Source of the DNA: a bacterium
GTDB lineage: Bacteria; Zhuqueibacterota; Zhuqueibacteria; Residuimicrobiales; Krinioviventaceae
Assembly (NCBI GenBank): GCA_963674595.2
Contig: CAXXFV010000015.1
Coordinates: 224,001-288,000, forward strand
DNA length: 64,000 bases
Direction of reading: 5' to 3'
The notes beneath the pieces are model-generated. The model had not been told where the DNA came from and made no database searches. It was given only the letters and a program-made list of their open reading frames with translations. Shown piece by piece: positions 38,534 to 48,271 of the stretch. The stretch's first letter is position 1. Each line of letters begins with the position of its first letter. Both the position numbers and the translations under genes were made by a program.

Positions 38534-39829
38534 ATGAAACGTAGATATTTTTTTAAAACATTAGGCTTTTTATCAGGCGGGCTTGCGTTAACAAAAGTAA
38601 ATAAGTCCAGGGCCGCGTTGCCTCTTGAAGAATCTCTTTCAACAGTATCTCCTTTGAGTAAAAAATATTGGGAATTTGTGCGTGATCAGTTTTTACTACC
38701 AAAAGATTATGCTTATTTAAACACCGGCGGCATCGGTGCTTCGCCAATTTCCGTTTTGGATTTTACCCACCAGGTTACGGAAAAGCTGGAACTTAAACCT
38801 CGCCCTGGTCATGGATATGAGGAATGGTTTACAATTAAAGAAAAGTGTGCTGATTTGTTGGGTGGTAATATTGATTTTAAAAATGAAATACATTTTACTG
38901 CATGTACTACTGAAGGGAATAATATTATTATTAACGGTTTACCGTTAAATAAAGGTGATGAAATTATAACAACCACTCATGAACATTCCGGTTTAATCGT
39001 TCCGTTATTAAATAAAGTGCACCGTTTTGGTGTAAAAATTAAAACATTTCATCCTGATATGAAAAATGGACTGGGAAATGTCGACCGAATTGAGAAATTG
39101 ATTAATAAGAAAACAAAGCTTATATTTGTCAGTCATATTACGTGCACGACAGGACAACGTTTACCGGCAAAGGAAATAAGCGAGTTAGGTCGGTCCAGAA
39201 ATGTATGGGTTGCTTTTGACGGCGCCCAGGTTGCCGGTAATTTACCGCTTGATCTCAAAGATATTGATTGTGATTTTTATGCGACCGGTGGTCATAAATG
39301 GGTATTGGGACCCAAACGTACCGGATTTTCTTATGTAAGGAAAGAGTTGCTCGATGTTATGCTACCGACAACTGTCGGCGCTTATTCAGATGGCGGTCAC
39401 GATATCGAAACAGGAGAATTTAAATATAATCCTTCTGCGGAACGCTATGAATGGGCTACACAAAACGAAGCTCTTTATCAGGGAATGGGAAGAGCAATTG
39501 ATTTTTTAAACACAATCGGCATGGAGAATGTTTGGCAGCATAACAAAAATTTGGCCGAAATGTTTTATCAGGGTTTGTCAAAAATTAAAAATGTTGAAAT
39601 TTTATCACATGAACAGGAAGAATACAGAACGCCACTGATCACTTTTAGAGTAAAAGACAAGAATTTTAAAGAGATTGGTTCCTCTTTGGTTGAAAAAGAT
39701 TTACGTGTTCGGGTTGTTACGGAAGCGAACCTGAATGGTATTCGAGTATCATGTCATATTTATAATAGTGAAGAAGAAATTGAAAGACTATTGTCAGAAA
39801 TTAATAAAATTGCAACGAATAAAATTTAA
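38534..39829 (+). CDS. Tat-exported class V PLP enzyme (isopenicillin-N epimerase/PvdN-like)
   Basis: KRRYFFK twin-arginine signal, YLNTGG, TTEG, HEH, DGAQ, GGHKW PLP lysine, RVSCHIYN. Confidence 0.85.
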   Translation: MKRRYFFKTLGFLSGGLALTKVNKSRAALPLEESLSTVSPLSKKYWEFVRDQFLLPKDYAYLNTGGIGASPISVLDFTHQVTEKLELKPRPGHGYEEWFTIKEKCADLLGGNIDFKNEIHFTACTTEGNNIIINGLPLNKGDEIITTTHEHSGLIVPLLNKVHRFGVKIKTFHPDMKNGLGNVDRIEKLINKKTKLIFVSHITCTTGQRLPAKEISELGRSRNVWVAFDGAQVAGNLPLDLKDIDCDFYATGGHKWVLGPKRTGFSYVRKELLDVMLPTTVGAYSDGGHDIETGEFKYNPSAERYEWATQNEALYQGMGRAIDFLNTIGMENVWQHNKNLAEMFYQGLSKIKNVEILSHEQEEYRTPLITFRVKDKNFKEIGSSLVEKDLRVRVVTEANLNGIRVSCHIYNSEEEIERLLSEINKIATNKI

Positions 39830-39874
39830 AATTTTCATGTTTTTAAAATTATCTCATAGGAGGATAATATTTTC

Positions 39875-42208
39875 ATGAACATCAAGCAAGCTTTAGACCA
39901 GGTCAAAACAATTCAGTTTTCGGCCTCAGCATTACCTGTTGTAAAAACCTGTGCACGGGAAATTCAAAAAAAATACCCGTCAATTTCTCTGGTTGAAACG
40001 GAATCTAGTATTGTTTCTTCCGGAAATAATACATTAACTATATCAGTTGAAGATGAGTTGTCGTTTAGCGATTTTGATTTGAATAAAGTATCTGAAGAAA
40101 ATTACATCTATTTTCAATTAAATAATGAGGGTTCCGGAAAAATTGTTGCCTCGAAAAAGTATTATCTTTTTGCTTTTGTCAGCCTTTTATTGGAAGACTG
40201 GGCAGAAAAGGATGTTGACGCTTATAAAAACGGTAAAGTTATTCCGCCGGCGTTTACATGGCAACGAGTTAGTTATGATTATTTTATTGCACAGGAAGGC
40301 CGAATTCAAAGAAAACTTGACCGCGAACTTTATATTCGCGAATTAGCGCGAATGGGTTTTACACATATCGAAGTAAATGGTATGGCAACACCTATGGGCT
40401 TTGAACCCGGCCCCAAAGGTGAAATTTTAAACATGTTTTTTACTTATTGTGCGGCGCTCGACCAGTTTGTTTACAGCAAACTCAACAAAGGTTTATACCC
40501 CACTTATATTTTGTCTGCAAATATGAGAAACCTGAAACACAATACTGATTTAGCGACAAAATATGGTCTGGTTCCCGGATTCACAAGTTTTGAACCCCGA
40601 TGTGTTCCTGAAGAGTTTTTTAACCGATACCCCATGCTGCGGGGTGCCAGGGTAGACCATCCGTTCCGCAGTTTAAAACCGCGATACAATATGACCACAA
40701 CGCATCCCAAGGTTTTGGAACACTATGCGGAAATGGTTTCCAAACTGGTTCAGGAAATCCCGGAACTGGGATTTATAACCGTATGGTCTAATGACAGTGG
40801 CGCTGGTTTTGAACATACAAAGTCGTTGTATGTCGGACGTAACGGCGGCGCTTATATGATCCGGGAATGGAAAAGTGATGAAGAAATTGGCCGATTGGCC
40901 GGTGAAAATGTTATCCGTTTTCTGAGAAATTTGCAGGTTGCCGGTTCTAAAGTCAATCCGGATTTTAAAGTGTTAACACGTATGGAATCCTTTTATGGCG
41001 AACACGATACGGTTTGGAATGGTTTCGGAGACGGGTTGGAAGTGGAAACCGCTTCGCTGGTAGCAAAAGGATGGGCCATGCCTTACAAACATCCTAAATA
41101 TGAAGACAATGACTCTATTAACGCCGGTACAATTTATCAACTGGATTTTGATGAAAGAGAAAAGCAACACATCAAAGACCTGCAAAATCGAAATGCAAAC
41201 GCGCATTATTATTTAACCGTTGGACCGCATATTTGTTTTAATCCGCTGTTGGGCGTTCCATACCCGTCATTGACTTTTAAGCGCATCAGTCTTTTAAAGG
41301 AAAATGGTGTGAGCCATTTGGCCCATCAGGGCGGAACCCAACCACCAAATCTGGTCCCTTTTAATATTAATCATGAAATTACAAAACTCTACCAATACAA
41401 TCCGGATATGGATATTGATACGGAAATTAATCGTATAGCAGTAAAGTGGGCCGGTGAGAAATATGCAAAAGATTTGATTAAAGCCTGGAGAGAAACCGAA
41501 GAAGCATTACTTTCGTTCCCCAATTTGATTGGTCTTTATGTATGCTATGGATTTGCCTGGTATAGAATGTGGGTAAGACCGTTTGTTCCCAATATGGAAG
41601 CTGTTTCCGATGAAGACAGGGCTTTTTATGAAGATTTTATCTGTACCGTACCTCATAATCCGAATAATGTTGATATAAGCCGCGATGTATTGTTTCAACT
41701 GACAACGGCTGAAAAATCTAAAGTTGTTTTGCAGCGTATTGATACAAATCTGTGGACGCCGATGCAAAAGGCAATTGACATACTGGAAGCAGTTGTTGAT
41801 AATGCCACAAAAGACCTTGGTGAAAACAATGTTATTTATGATCAGTTAATTCGTTTAAAAGCTCTCAAATGCTGGATGATGACACAGCGCAATATTGCTA
41901 CATGGATCACCGGTGTTCATGGCTATATGCAGGCAAAAACTGATTCTGAGAAAAAAGAAAATCGTGAATTGGTTAAAGAAATGATTGAAAAAGAAATCGC
42001 CAATACTAAAGAATTGAAAGAATTATGGACCTCTTCCGGTATTGAATTTATGTCTGTTACGGACAAGGGCGAAAATCAATTGGTTTATGGTGACAATATG
42101 GGCGATCTGTTTGATAAACGTATTGCCGTTATGAAAAAACATATTAATGATGAACCCTTTATCGATCCGAATTATATGGAACGCAAAGCCGGTGAATTAT
42201 TAGGATAA
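39875..42208 (+). CDS. Hypothetical 777-aa protein, possibly glycoside hydrolase-like
   Basis: Long ORF with GGAGG RBS inside the sugar operon, no signal peptide, no family recognised. Confidence 0.7.
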   Translation: MNIKQALDQVKTIQFSASALPVVKTCAREIQKKYPSISLVETESSIVSSGNNTLTISVEDELSFSDFDLNKVSEENYIYFQLNNEGSGKIVASKKYYLFAFVSLLLEDWAEKDVDAYKNGKVIPPAFTWQRVSYDYFIAQEGRIQRKLDRELYIRELARMGFTHIEVNGMATPMGFEPGPKGEILNMFFTYCAALDQFVYSKLNKGLYPTYILSANMRNLKHNTDLATKYGLVPGFTSFEPRCVPEEFFNRYPMLRGARVDHPFRSLKPRYNMTTTHPKVLEHYAEMVSKLVQEIPELGFITVWSNDSGAGFEHTKSLYVGRNGGAYMIREWKSDEEIGRLAGENVIRFLRNLQVAGSKVNPDFKVLTRMESFYGEHDTVWNGFGDGLEVETASLVAKGWAMPYKHPKYEDNDSINAGTIYQLDFDEREKQHIKDLQNRNANAHYYLTVGPHICFNPLLGVPYPSLTFKRISLLKENGVSHLAHQGGTQPPNLVPFNINHEITKLYQYNPDMDIDTEINRIAVKWAGEKYAKDLIKAWRETEEALLSFPNLIGLYVCYGFAWYRMWVRPFVPNMEAVSDEDRAFYEDFICTVPHNPNNVDISRDVLFQLTTAEKSKVVLQRIDTNLWTPMQKAIDILEAVVDNATKDLGENNVIYDQLIRLKALKCWMMTQRNIATWITGVHGYMQAKTDSEKKENRELVKEMIEKEIANTKELKELWTSSGIEFMSVTDKGENQLVYGDNMGDLFDKRIAVMKKHINDEPFIDPNYMERKAGELLG

Positions 42209-42216
42209 TTAAATAT

Positions 42217-42245
42217 GCCTGATCTGTTTAAATGGCAGATCAGGC
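42217..42245 (+). other. Intercistronic stem-loop
   Basis: GCCTGATCTG-N9-CAGATCAGGC, weak U tail. Confidence 0.55.
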
Positions 42246-42270
42246 TTGAATTATTAACATTGAGGTTTGT

Positions 42271-43077
42271 ATGTTCGAAATAGGTATTGTTTCTGATGAG
42301 ATAGCACTTGATATCCATGAAGCTGTCAGGATCGGCAAGGAACTCGGATTCAAAAAATATGAAATTCGTTGTGTGGGCAGCTATGAAAAACGGATTCCAT
42401 TTATTGACGATGACGATTTAAATTTCATTCGTAATCAGGTAAAATCCGGTGAAATGGAATTAACCGCTTTTTCTCCGGGCAGTTTTAAAATAAAACCTTC
42501 GGACACAAAGCAACTGGACCACCATCTCAATTCTATTTTACCAAAAACATTTGAGCTGGCTGCTGAGCTTGGTGTGGAAAAGATTATTAGTTTCAGCTTT
42601 ATTCGGGATGAAACGGATGAAGATAAGGTCGTTGAAATTTTACGTCAGGCCGGTGAACTGGCCGCCAAGTATGGACTTGTTTTTGCCGTTGAAAATGAAC
42701 CCGGATTTTATTGTGATACGTCTGAAAATACGGCAAGGATCCTTGAAAAGATTAATTTGAAAAATGTTGGCGCAAACTGGGACCCAGGTAACGCCAACAG
42801 TGCCGGTGAAATTGCCTATCCAAACGGCTATGAAACCCTCAAACCATATATTGTAAATCTACACATTAAAGATACGCTTTACGGACCAAAGTTGAAAAAC
42901 GAACTGATTTTTGACGGCGGTATTAATTGGGTGGGCCAATTAAATGCTGTTTATAAAGATAAAATTTTACCCTATGTGACTTTGGAAACCCATCTTGTTC
43001 CTTTGGAAGAGATGACCCGTGAGGACTTGAGGCGAATTTATATGATAATTGACATTATAAAAAAAATTAATTCGTAA
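42271..43077 (+). CDS. Sugar phosphate isomerase/epimerase TIM-barrel protein
   Basis: IVSDEI, AVENEP, NWDPGN, LHIKD, TLETH. Confidence 0.85.
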   Translation: MFEIGIVSDEIALDIHEAVRIGKELGFKKYEIRCVGSYEKRIPFIDDDDLNFIRNQVKSGEMELTAFSPGSFKIKPSDTKQLDHHLNSILPKTFELAAELGVEKIISFSFIRDETDEDKVVEILRQAGELAAKYGLVFAVENEPGFYCDTSENTARILEKINLKNVGANWDPGNANSAGEIAYPNGYETLKPYIVNLHIKDTLYGPKLKNELIFDGGINWVGQLNAVYKDKILPYVTLETHLVPLEEMTREDLRRIYMIIDIIKKINS

Positions 43078-43090
43078 CAGTGGAGTACAA

Positions 43091-44248
43091 ATGACTTCAA
43101 AAGAGCGTTTATTAGCAGCCATTAATAATGAAAAACCGGACCGTCTGCCTGTTACAACACATCATTTAATGGATCATTTTCTCAATACGTATATGGGTGG
43201 AATCCAATACCCCGAGTTTTTTGACCATTTTGGGTTAGACGCCATTACATGGACGGTTCCGACAAAGGCGGACGAGGCACAGGGATTTTATGCGGATCCG
43301 ACTGATAGTCGTACTGATTTTTTGTCAAGTAAACGGATTATATCCGACAACTGGCGTATCGAATCCGAAGAAATTGAGGACCCGCAATATAAAACGGTTC
43401 GATATAACATTATCACCCCAAAGGGTGTATTGACGACTGTTTTACAATCAAATGAATACACAACCTGGGTTCAGGAACATTTGATAAAAGAGAAAAACGA
43501 TATTGACCTCATTGAAGAGTTTGTTACCTATCCGCTGTGCGATGTAGAATCGGTAAACAAATCGGCACAGGAATTTGGTGAAAGGGGAATCATTCGCGGA
43601 CATATTTGCTGTTTTGAAATTTTTGGTCAGCCTGGCTGCTGGCAGGATGCCTCCTGTTTGATTGGAATTGAAAAACTGATTATGGCCGTTTATGATGATC
43701 CGGATTGGGTGCACAGCCTTTTAAAAATCCTTCAGAACAGAAAATTAAAATATATCGAATCGCTCAAAGGCGCCAGGTATGATATTCTGGAACTGGGCGG
43801 AGGTGATGCTTCTTCTACAGTCATCTCTCCAAAAATATTTGACGAATACGTTGCTCCTTATGATTCCGTATTGATTGAAGCAGCCCATAAAGCCGGACAA
43901 AAAATTGTTTACCACACCTGCGGCGGAATGATGCCGATTTTGGAAAATATTGTTTCCATGAATCCCGATGCAATGGAAACTTTTACACCCCCGGGAATGG
44001 GAGGTGATACCCGACTTGCAGAGGCAAAAGAACGGATTGGTGACAAGGTCGGTATGATCGGTGGTTTTGACCAGTTTCACTTTTTTAAAGATTGCACGCC
44101 CGAAGAAACCCGAAAGGCCGTTCGCACCTGTTTTGAACAAGCCGGTACAAATGGCGGTTATATCCTGTGTCCTTCTGATCACTTTTTTGACGCAGATCTG
44201 GAACTGATTGAGGCCTTTGCGGATGAAGCGCGGAAATGTGTTTATTAA
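43091..44248 (+). CDS. URO-D/MtaA-family protein
   Basis: MTSKERL...PDRLP, ISPKIFDEYVAPY, YHTCGG, IGGFDQ, GGYILCPSDH. Confidence 0.87.
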   Translation: MTSKERLLAAINNEKPDRLPVTTHHLMDHFLNTYMGGIQYPEFFDHFGLDAITWTVPTKADEAQGFYADPTDSRTDFLSSKRIISDNWRIESEEIEDPQYKTVRYNIITPKGVLTTVLQSNEYTTWVQEHLIKEKNDIDLIEEFVTYPLCDVESVNKSAQEFGERGIIRGHICCFEIFGQPGCWQDASCLIGIEKLIMAVYDDPDWVHSLLKILQNRKLKYIESLKGARYDILELGGGDASSTVISPKIFDEYVAPYDSVLIEAAHKAGQKIVYHTCGGMMPILENIVSMNPDAMETFTPPGMGGDTRLAEAKERIGDKVGMIGGFDQFHFFKDCTPEETRKAVRTCFEQAGTNGGYILCPSDHFFDADLELIEAFADEARKCVY

Positions 44249-44280
44249 AATAAGTTTGACCTTTAAAGATTAGAAACCGG

Positions 44281-44320
44281 TTCCGGGAATTTGAAAATTT
44301 TAATTCCCGGAATTTCATTT
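44281..44320 (+). other. Intercistronic stem-loop or weak terminator
   Basis: TTCCGGGAATT...AATTCCCGGAA followed by TTTCATTT. Confidence 0.5.
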
Positions 44321-44337
44321 TACAAGAGAAACCTAAA

Positions 44338-45363
44338 ATGACAAACGTTGAACGATTTAAAAAGCTGATGAATTTTGAGCCTGTTGATCGTCTGCCGATG
44401 GTGGAATGGGCCATGTGGTGGGACCAAACACTTGATCGCTGGTATAAGGAAGGTCTGCCTTTGGATTTAAAGGAAGAACATGAAATTCGTTCTTATTTCG
44501 GACTTGATTCCTACCGGCAGCTTTGGATTAATCCGATTATGCCGAATGCACCCAAGCCTGCTTTTCACGGAGCAAGTCTGGTAAAAAATCGGGAAGAATA
44601 TCTGGAGTTTAAAAAGTATCTGTATCCCAAACCTGCTTTTGATCAGAAATTAATTGAAACATGGGCAAAAGAGCATGAAGCTGGTGAAACGGTCATCTGG
44701 ATTACGCTGGAAGGTTTCTTTTGGGTACCCAGAGATTTGTTCGGCATTGAAGGGCATATTTACGCCTTTTATGATCATCCTGAATTAATGCATGAAATGA
44801 ACCAGGATGCTTTGGAATTTAATTTGAGAGCGCTTGAAGAATTTTGCAAAATTGTCAAGCCGGATTTTATGACCTTTGCCGAAGACATGTCCTACAATCA
44901 TGGCCCAATGCTTTCCAAAGAAAGTTTTGATGAATTTTTGGCACCCTATTATAAACAGCTTATACCGGAATTGAAAAAAAATGGTGTTGTACCGTTTATC
45001 GATTCCGATGGTGATATTTCAAAACTTATTCCCTGGCTGCTTGAAGTGGGTATGGAAGGAATTTTACCCCTGGAGCGTATGGCCGGTGTTGATGTCAACC
45101 AGTTGCGTAAAGACCACCCGACTTATAAATTTATCGGCGCTTTTGACAAGACTGTTATGCACCTTGGAGAAGAAGCAGTTCGAAACGAATTTGAACGAAT
45201 TTTCCCGGTTATGAAACAGGGAGGATTCATTCCCTCTGTCGATCACCAAACGCCTCCGGGTGTTTCTTTGGAACAGTACAGGCAGTATCTTGTTATACTA
45301 GAAGAATATTGTGAAAAAGCGGCTAAAGAGTTTACCGGAATTCTACATGACAATTCGAGATAA
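44338..45363 (+). CDS. URO-D-family protein (DSDG variant)
   Basis: VERFKK...VDRLP, AEDMSYNHGPMLS, FIDSDGD, IGAFDK, GGFIPSVDHQTPP. Confidence 0.87.
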   Translation: MTNVERFKKLMNFEPVDRLPMVEWAMWWDQTLDRWYKEGLPLDLKEEHEIRSYFGLDSYRQLWINPIMPNAPKPAFHGASLVKNREEYLEFKKYLYPKPAFDQKLIETWAKEHEAGETVIWITLEGFFWVPRDLFGIEGHIYAFYDHPELMHEMNQDALEFNLRALEEFCKIVKPDFMTFAEDMSYNHGPMLSKESFDEFLAPYYKQLIPELKKNGVVPFIDSDGDISKLIPWLLEVGMEGILPLERMAGVDVNQLRKDHPTYKFIGAFDKTVMHLGEEAVRNEFERIFPVMKQGGFIPSVDHQTPPGVSLEQYRQYLVILEEYCEKAAKEFTGILHDNSR

Positions 45364-46519
45364 AAATATTGATCTGGGCTGGTTTGAGCGCCATATTTTA
45401 ACGGATATTTTACCGGTTTGGCTGCATCATTCACCAACATCGAATGGTTTTTTTTTATCGCATTTCGATGAACATTTTAAATTAATGAATGACAATACCG
45501 GGACGCTTGTTTCGCAAAGCCGGATGATTTATAATTTTTGTATGGGCTATAATTTAACAGGGGACCCCTCTTATTATATGGGTGCTGTTAAAGGGGCTGA
45601 TTTCCTGATAAATAATTTTTATGATAAAAAGTACGGCGGATATTTTTTTTCCTGTGATTCAGATGGAAATGTTATTGATGAACTGAAATTCAGTTATGGT
45701 CAGGTTTTTGTTATTTTTGGACTGGCCCATATTTGTCGATTAACAGGTGAACAGAAATATAAACAGGCTGCAATACAAGCGCTGGATGAGTTGGATAAAT
45801 TTTTTGGTGATGAATTCGGCGGGCTGTATTGGTATATGTCACGGGATTTTAAACCTACTTGTGATTTTAAATCACAAAATTCTCTGATGCATCTTTATGA
45901 AGCCTTATTGGTTCTGGCAGAATTGGACGGCATGTCTTATATACTGGAAAAAGCGCAAACCGTGGCTGAATTTGTATTAAAACTTTCAAGACCGTCATCA
46001 GGTCTGCTGCCGGAGCTGTTTGATGTTGAATGGAAAGAAAAATTCGACGCACCGAATTCACGAATTGATATTGGTCACGCTTTTGAATGGGCCTATCTTT
46101 TATCAGCAGGAGTGGAACGCGGTTTACCGGACCGGTTTTTAACCCATGCTGAAAACTTTTTGGAATACGGAATTGAACTGGGATATGATTCGGAGCAGGG
46201 AGGTATTTATTCGCCAGCCGAACCAAAAACATTAAATGTTGTACAAACTAAAAACTGGTGGGAGCAAACTGAAGCTATTCGGGCCATGTTGAATTTTTAT
46301 TTTTCAAGAGAGCACAAAGAATTGTTTGAACCATTGTCCCGGACTATTGATTTTGTAAAAAACCAAATGATTGATCCGAGAAATGGGGGATGGTTTAGTA
46401 AAATTGATGATAAAAATGATCAGCATCTTCAACTAAAAGGTTTCCCGGGAAAAAATTATTATCACATTATGGGTATGGCTATGGAAGCCATTAGAATTAA
46501 AAAGATTGTTTCAAACTGA
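45347..46519 (+). CDS. AGE-family epimerase/isomerase (N-acylglucosamine 2-epimerase / cellobiose 2-epimerase-like)
   Basis: VSQSRMIY, DKKYGGY, QNSLMHLYEA, GHAFEW, WWEQTE, YYH. Confidence 0.88.
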   Translation: MTIRDKNIDLGWFERHILTDILPVWLHHSPTSNGFFLSHFDEHFKLMNDNTGTLVSQSRMIYNFCMGYNLTGDPSYYMGAVKGADFLINNFYDKKYGGYFFSCDSDGNVIDELKFSYGQVFVIFGLAHICRLTGEQKYKQAAIQALDELDKFFGDEFGGLYWYMSRDFKPTCDFKSQNSLMHLYEALLVLAELDGMSYILEKAQTVAEFVLKLSRPSSGLLPELFDVEWKEKFDAPNSRIDIGHAFEWAYLLSAGVERGLPDRFLTHAENFLEYGIELGYDSEQGGIYSPAEPKTLNVVQTKNWWEQTEAIRAMLNFYFSREHKELFEPLSRTIDFVKNQMIDPRNGGWFSKIDDKNDQHLQLKGFPGKNYYHIMGMAMEAIRIKKIVSN

Positions 46520-46569
46520 CTTGGAATAAATCAAATAAATTATTGTTTACTTGACAAAAAGGAGTAAGC

Positions 46570-47595
46570 ATGATACCTTTACAACATATACCTAAAAAAC
46601 CTGAAATACTGACGACAACCGTTGGTTCCTATCCTGTCCCTGATTGGCTGACAGCTTTTCCGAGTGAGCAGGCCGTTATGGATGCCACCCGGGTCATATT
46701 TGATATTCAGCGCCAGGCCGGCATTGATGTTATAACAGACGGAGAGTTATCCCGATTTGATACGAACCATCCGGATACAAATGGCATGATTGATTATTTC
46801 ATTCGTCCGCTAAAAGGTGTTCGTACTGAGGTTGGCCGGAAAGACTGGCTGGATTTTCAAAAAACAAAAACAATGTCGTTTCGTGCAAAACCGGCCGGTG
46901 TTGTTGAAAAGGCATTGGGAGAAGGCGGACTTAATTTAGTACATGATGCAGCCAGGGCTGTTGATGTTGCCGCTGCGCCGTTTAAATTTACCGTCACAAG
47001 TCCTTATATGCTGGCCCGTACATTACTGGATCGATATTATAATGATTTTGAAATTTTAACAATTGAACTTGCCAGAATAATGGCCATGCAGGTTGAAAAT
47101 TTACCGGTTGCCTGTGTGCAAATAGACGAAGCAAATATTCCGGGTAATCCTAAAGACTGGATATTGGCATCAAAATCTATAAACATTATTTTGGATAAAA
47201 TTTCCGTTGAAAAATCAGTCCATTTGTGTTTTGGAAACTATGGCGGCCAGATTATTCAGGAAGGAACATGGAAAACGTTGATTGATTTTATTAACTCTTT
47301 ATATGTCGATCACGTTATTCTGGAATTAGCACACCGACCGGAAGAGGATTTGGATGCCCTTGTGGATATTCGTAAGGAAATTGCTCTTGGGATTGGCGTT
47401 GTGGATATTAAAGTCAACCATGTTGAAACACCGGACGAAATTGCCTTTAGCATTGATAAAGCTGCTAAAAAATTAGGACCGGACCGGATTCGTTGGATAC
47501 ATCCTGATTGCGGTTTCTGGATGTTAAAGCGCAGTATAGCGGACCGAAAGATGGAAGCATTGGTCCGGGGACGAGATAAATATTTATCAGTATAA
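46570..47595 (+). CDS. Short single-barrel ('core') MetE-like Zn methyltransferase
   Basis: TTVGSYPVP, QAGIDVITDGE, QIDEA, VHLCFGN, LE, GVVDIK, HPDCG. Only 341 aa, with no N-terminal folate-binding half. Confidence 0.87.
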   Translation: MIPLQHIPKKPEILTTTVGSYPVPDWLTAFPSEQAVMDATRVIFDIQRQAGIDVITDGELSRFDTNHPDTNGMIDYFIRPLKGVRTEVGRKDWLDFQKTKTMSFRAKPAGVVEKALGEGGLNLVHDAARAVDVAAAPFKFTVTSPYMLARTLLDRYYNDFEILTIELARIMAMQVENLPVACVQIDEANIPGNPKDWILASKSINIILDKISVEKSVHLCFGNYGGQIIQEGTWKTLIDFINSLYVDHVILELAHRPEEDLDALVDIRKEIALGIGVVDIKVNHVETPDEIAFSIDKAAKKLGPDRIRWIHPDCGFWMLKRSIADRKMEALVRGRDKYLSV

Positions 47596-47597
47596 TG

Positions 47598-47624
47598 AAA
47601 AGCCGGTGTTAAAACCGGCTTTTT
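47598..47624. terminator. Bidirectional terminator
   Basis: AAAAGCCGGT-GTTAAA-ACCGGCTTTT between convergent genes. Confidence 0.85.
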
Positions 47625-48268
47625 TAATAAATAGGCAGCAGAACAAAAATAAGGGGATCCCATAACATGTGGGATAAAATAATGGGGAAAAGAGATTTTG
47701 TCTTCCAGTATAATGCTCCCCAAAACAATCCGCAGACAAAAGCCGCTAAAATCAATATGGGATTCAATGTGGGGACATGAACGGCTGTGTAAATTAATGT
47801 TGTAAGGACAAATCCGTAAAACGGGGAAAATTTACCGGACAGCTCTTTTTGAATAAAACCTCTCCAGAAAAATTCTTCACCAAAACCAATAGGAAAAAAC
47901 AGTAAGGCACTAATGATCCATGGACTCAGGTTTCCACGGTTTCCGTATATGCTGTCCAAATGTCCCATACGGTTTGATAAAATTTGAGGGAACAGGTTTG
48001 AGAAAATGACAAGTAATTTATTTCCAACCCAAAAGACTAAATATAACGCCAGTGCATATATCAAACCAAGCAGAATGCTTTTTAAAAGTTTGTCTGTTTT
48101 TATGGATGGTTTGCCAAATACAAAAGCAATTATTGATAGAATTAAAGTATTGGCGCTCATCATCATCCAAAAGTTAAACGGATGAATGACAAAAGTGATG
48201 AACCACAATACTGTTGTCAATACAATACTTGTCCATAAAATACGGGTGTTGTTTTTTGATTTTATCAT
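47624..48268 (-). CDS. CPBP (CAAX protease-like) intramembrane metalloprotease
   Basis: EEFFWRG, YTAVH, SHMLWD motifs; hydrophobic. Confidence 0.88.
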   Translation of the reverse strand: MIKSKNNTRILWTSIVLTTVLWFITFVIHPFNFWMMMSANTLILSIIAFVFGKPSIKTDKLLKSILLGLIYALALYLVFWVGNKLLVIFSNLFPQILSNRMGHLDSIYGNRGNLSPWIISALLFFPIGFGEEFFWRGFIQKELSGKFSPFYGFVLTTLIYTAVHVPTLNPILILAAFVCGLFWGALYWKTKSLFPIILSHMLWDPLIFVLLPIY

Positions 48269-48271
48269 TAA

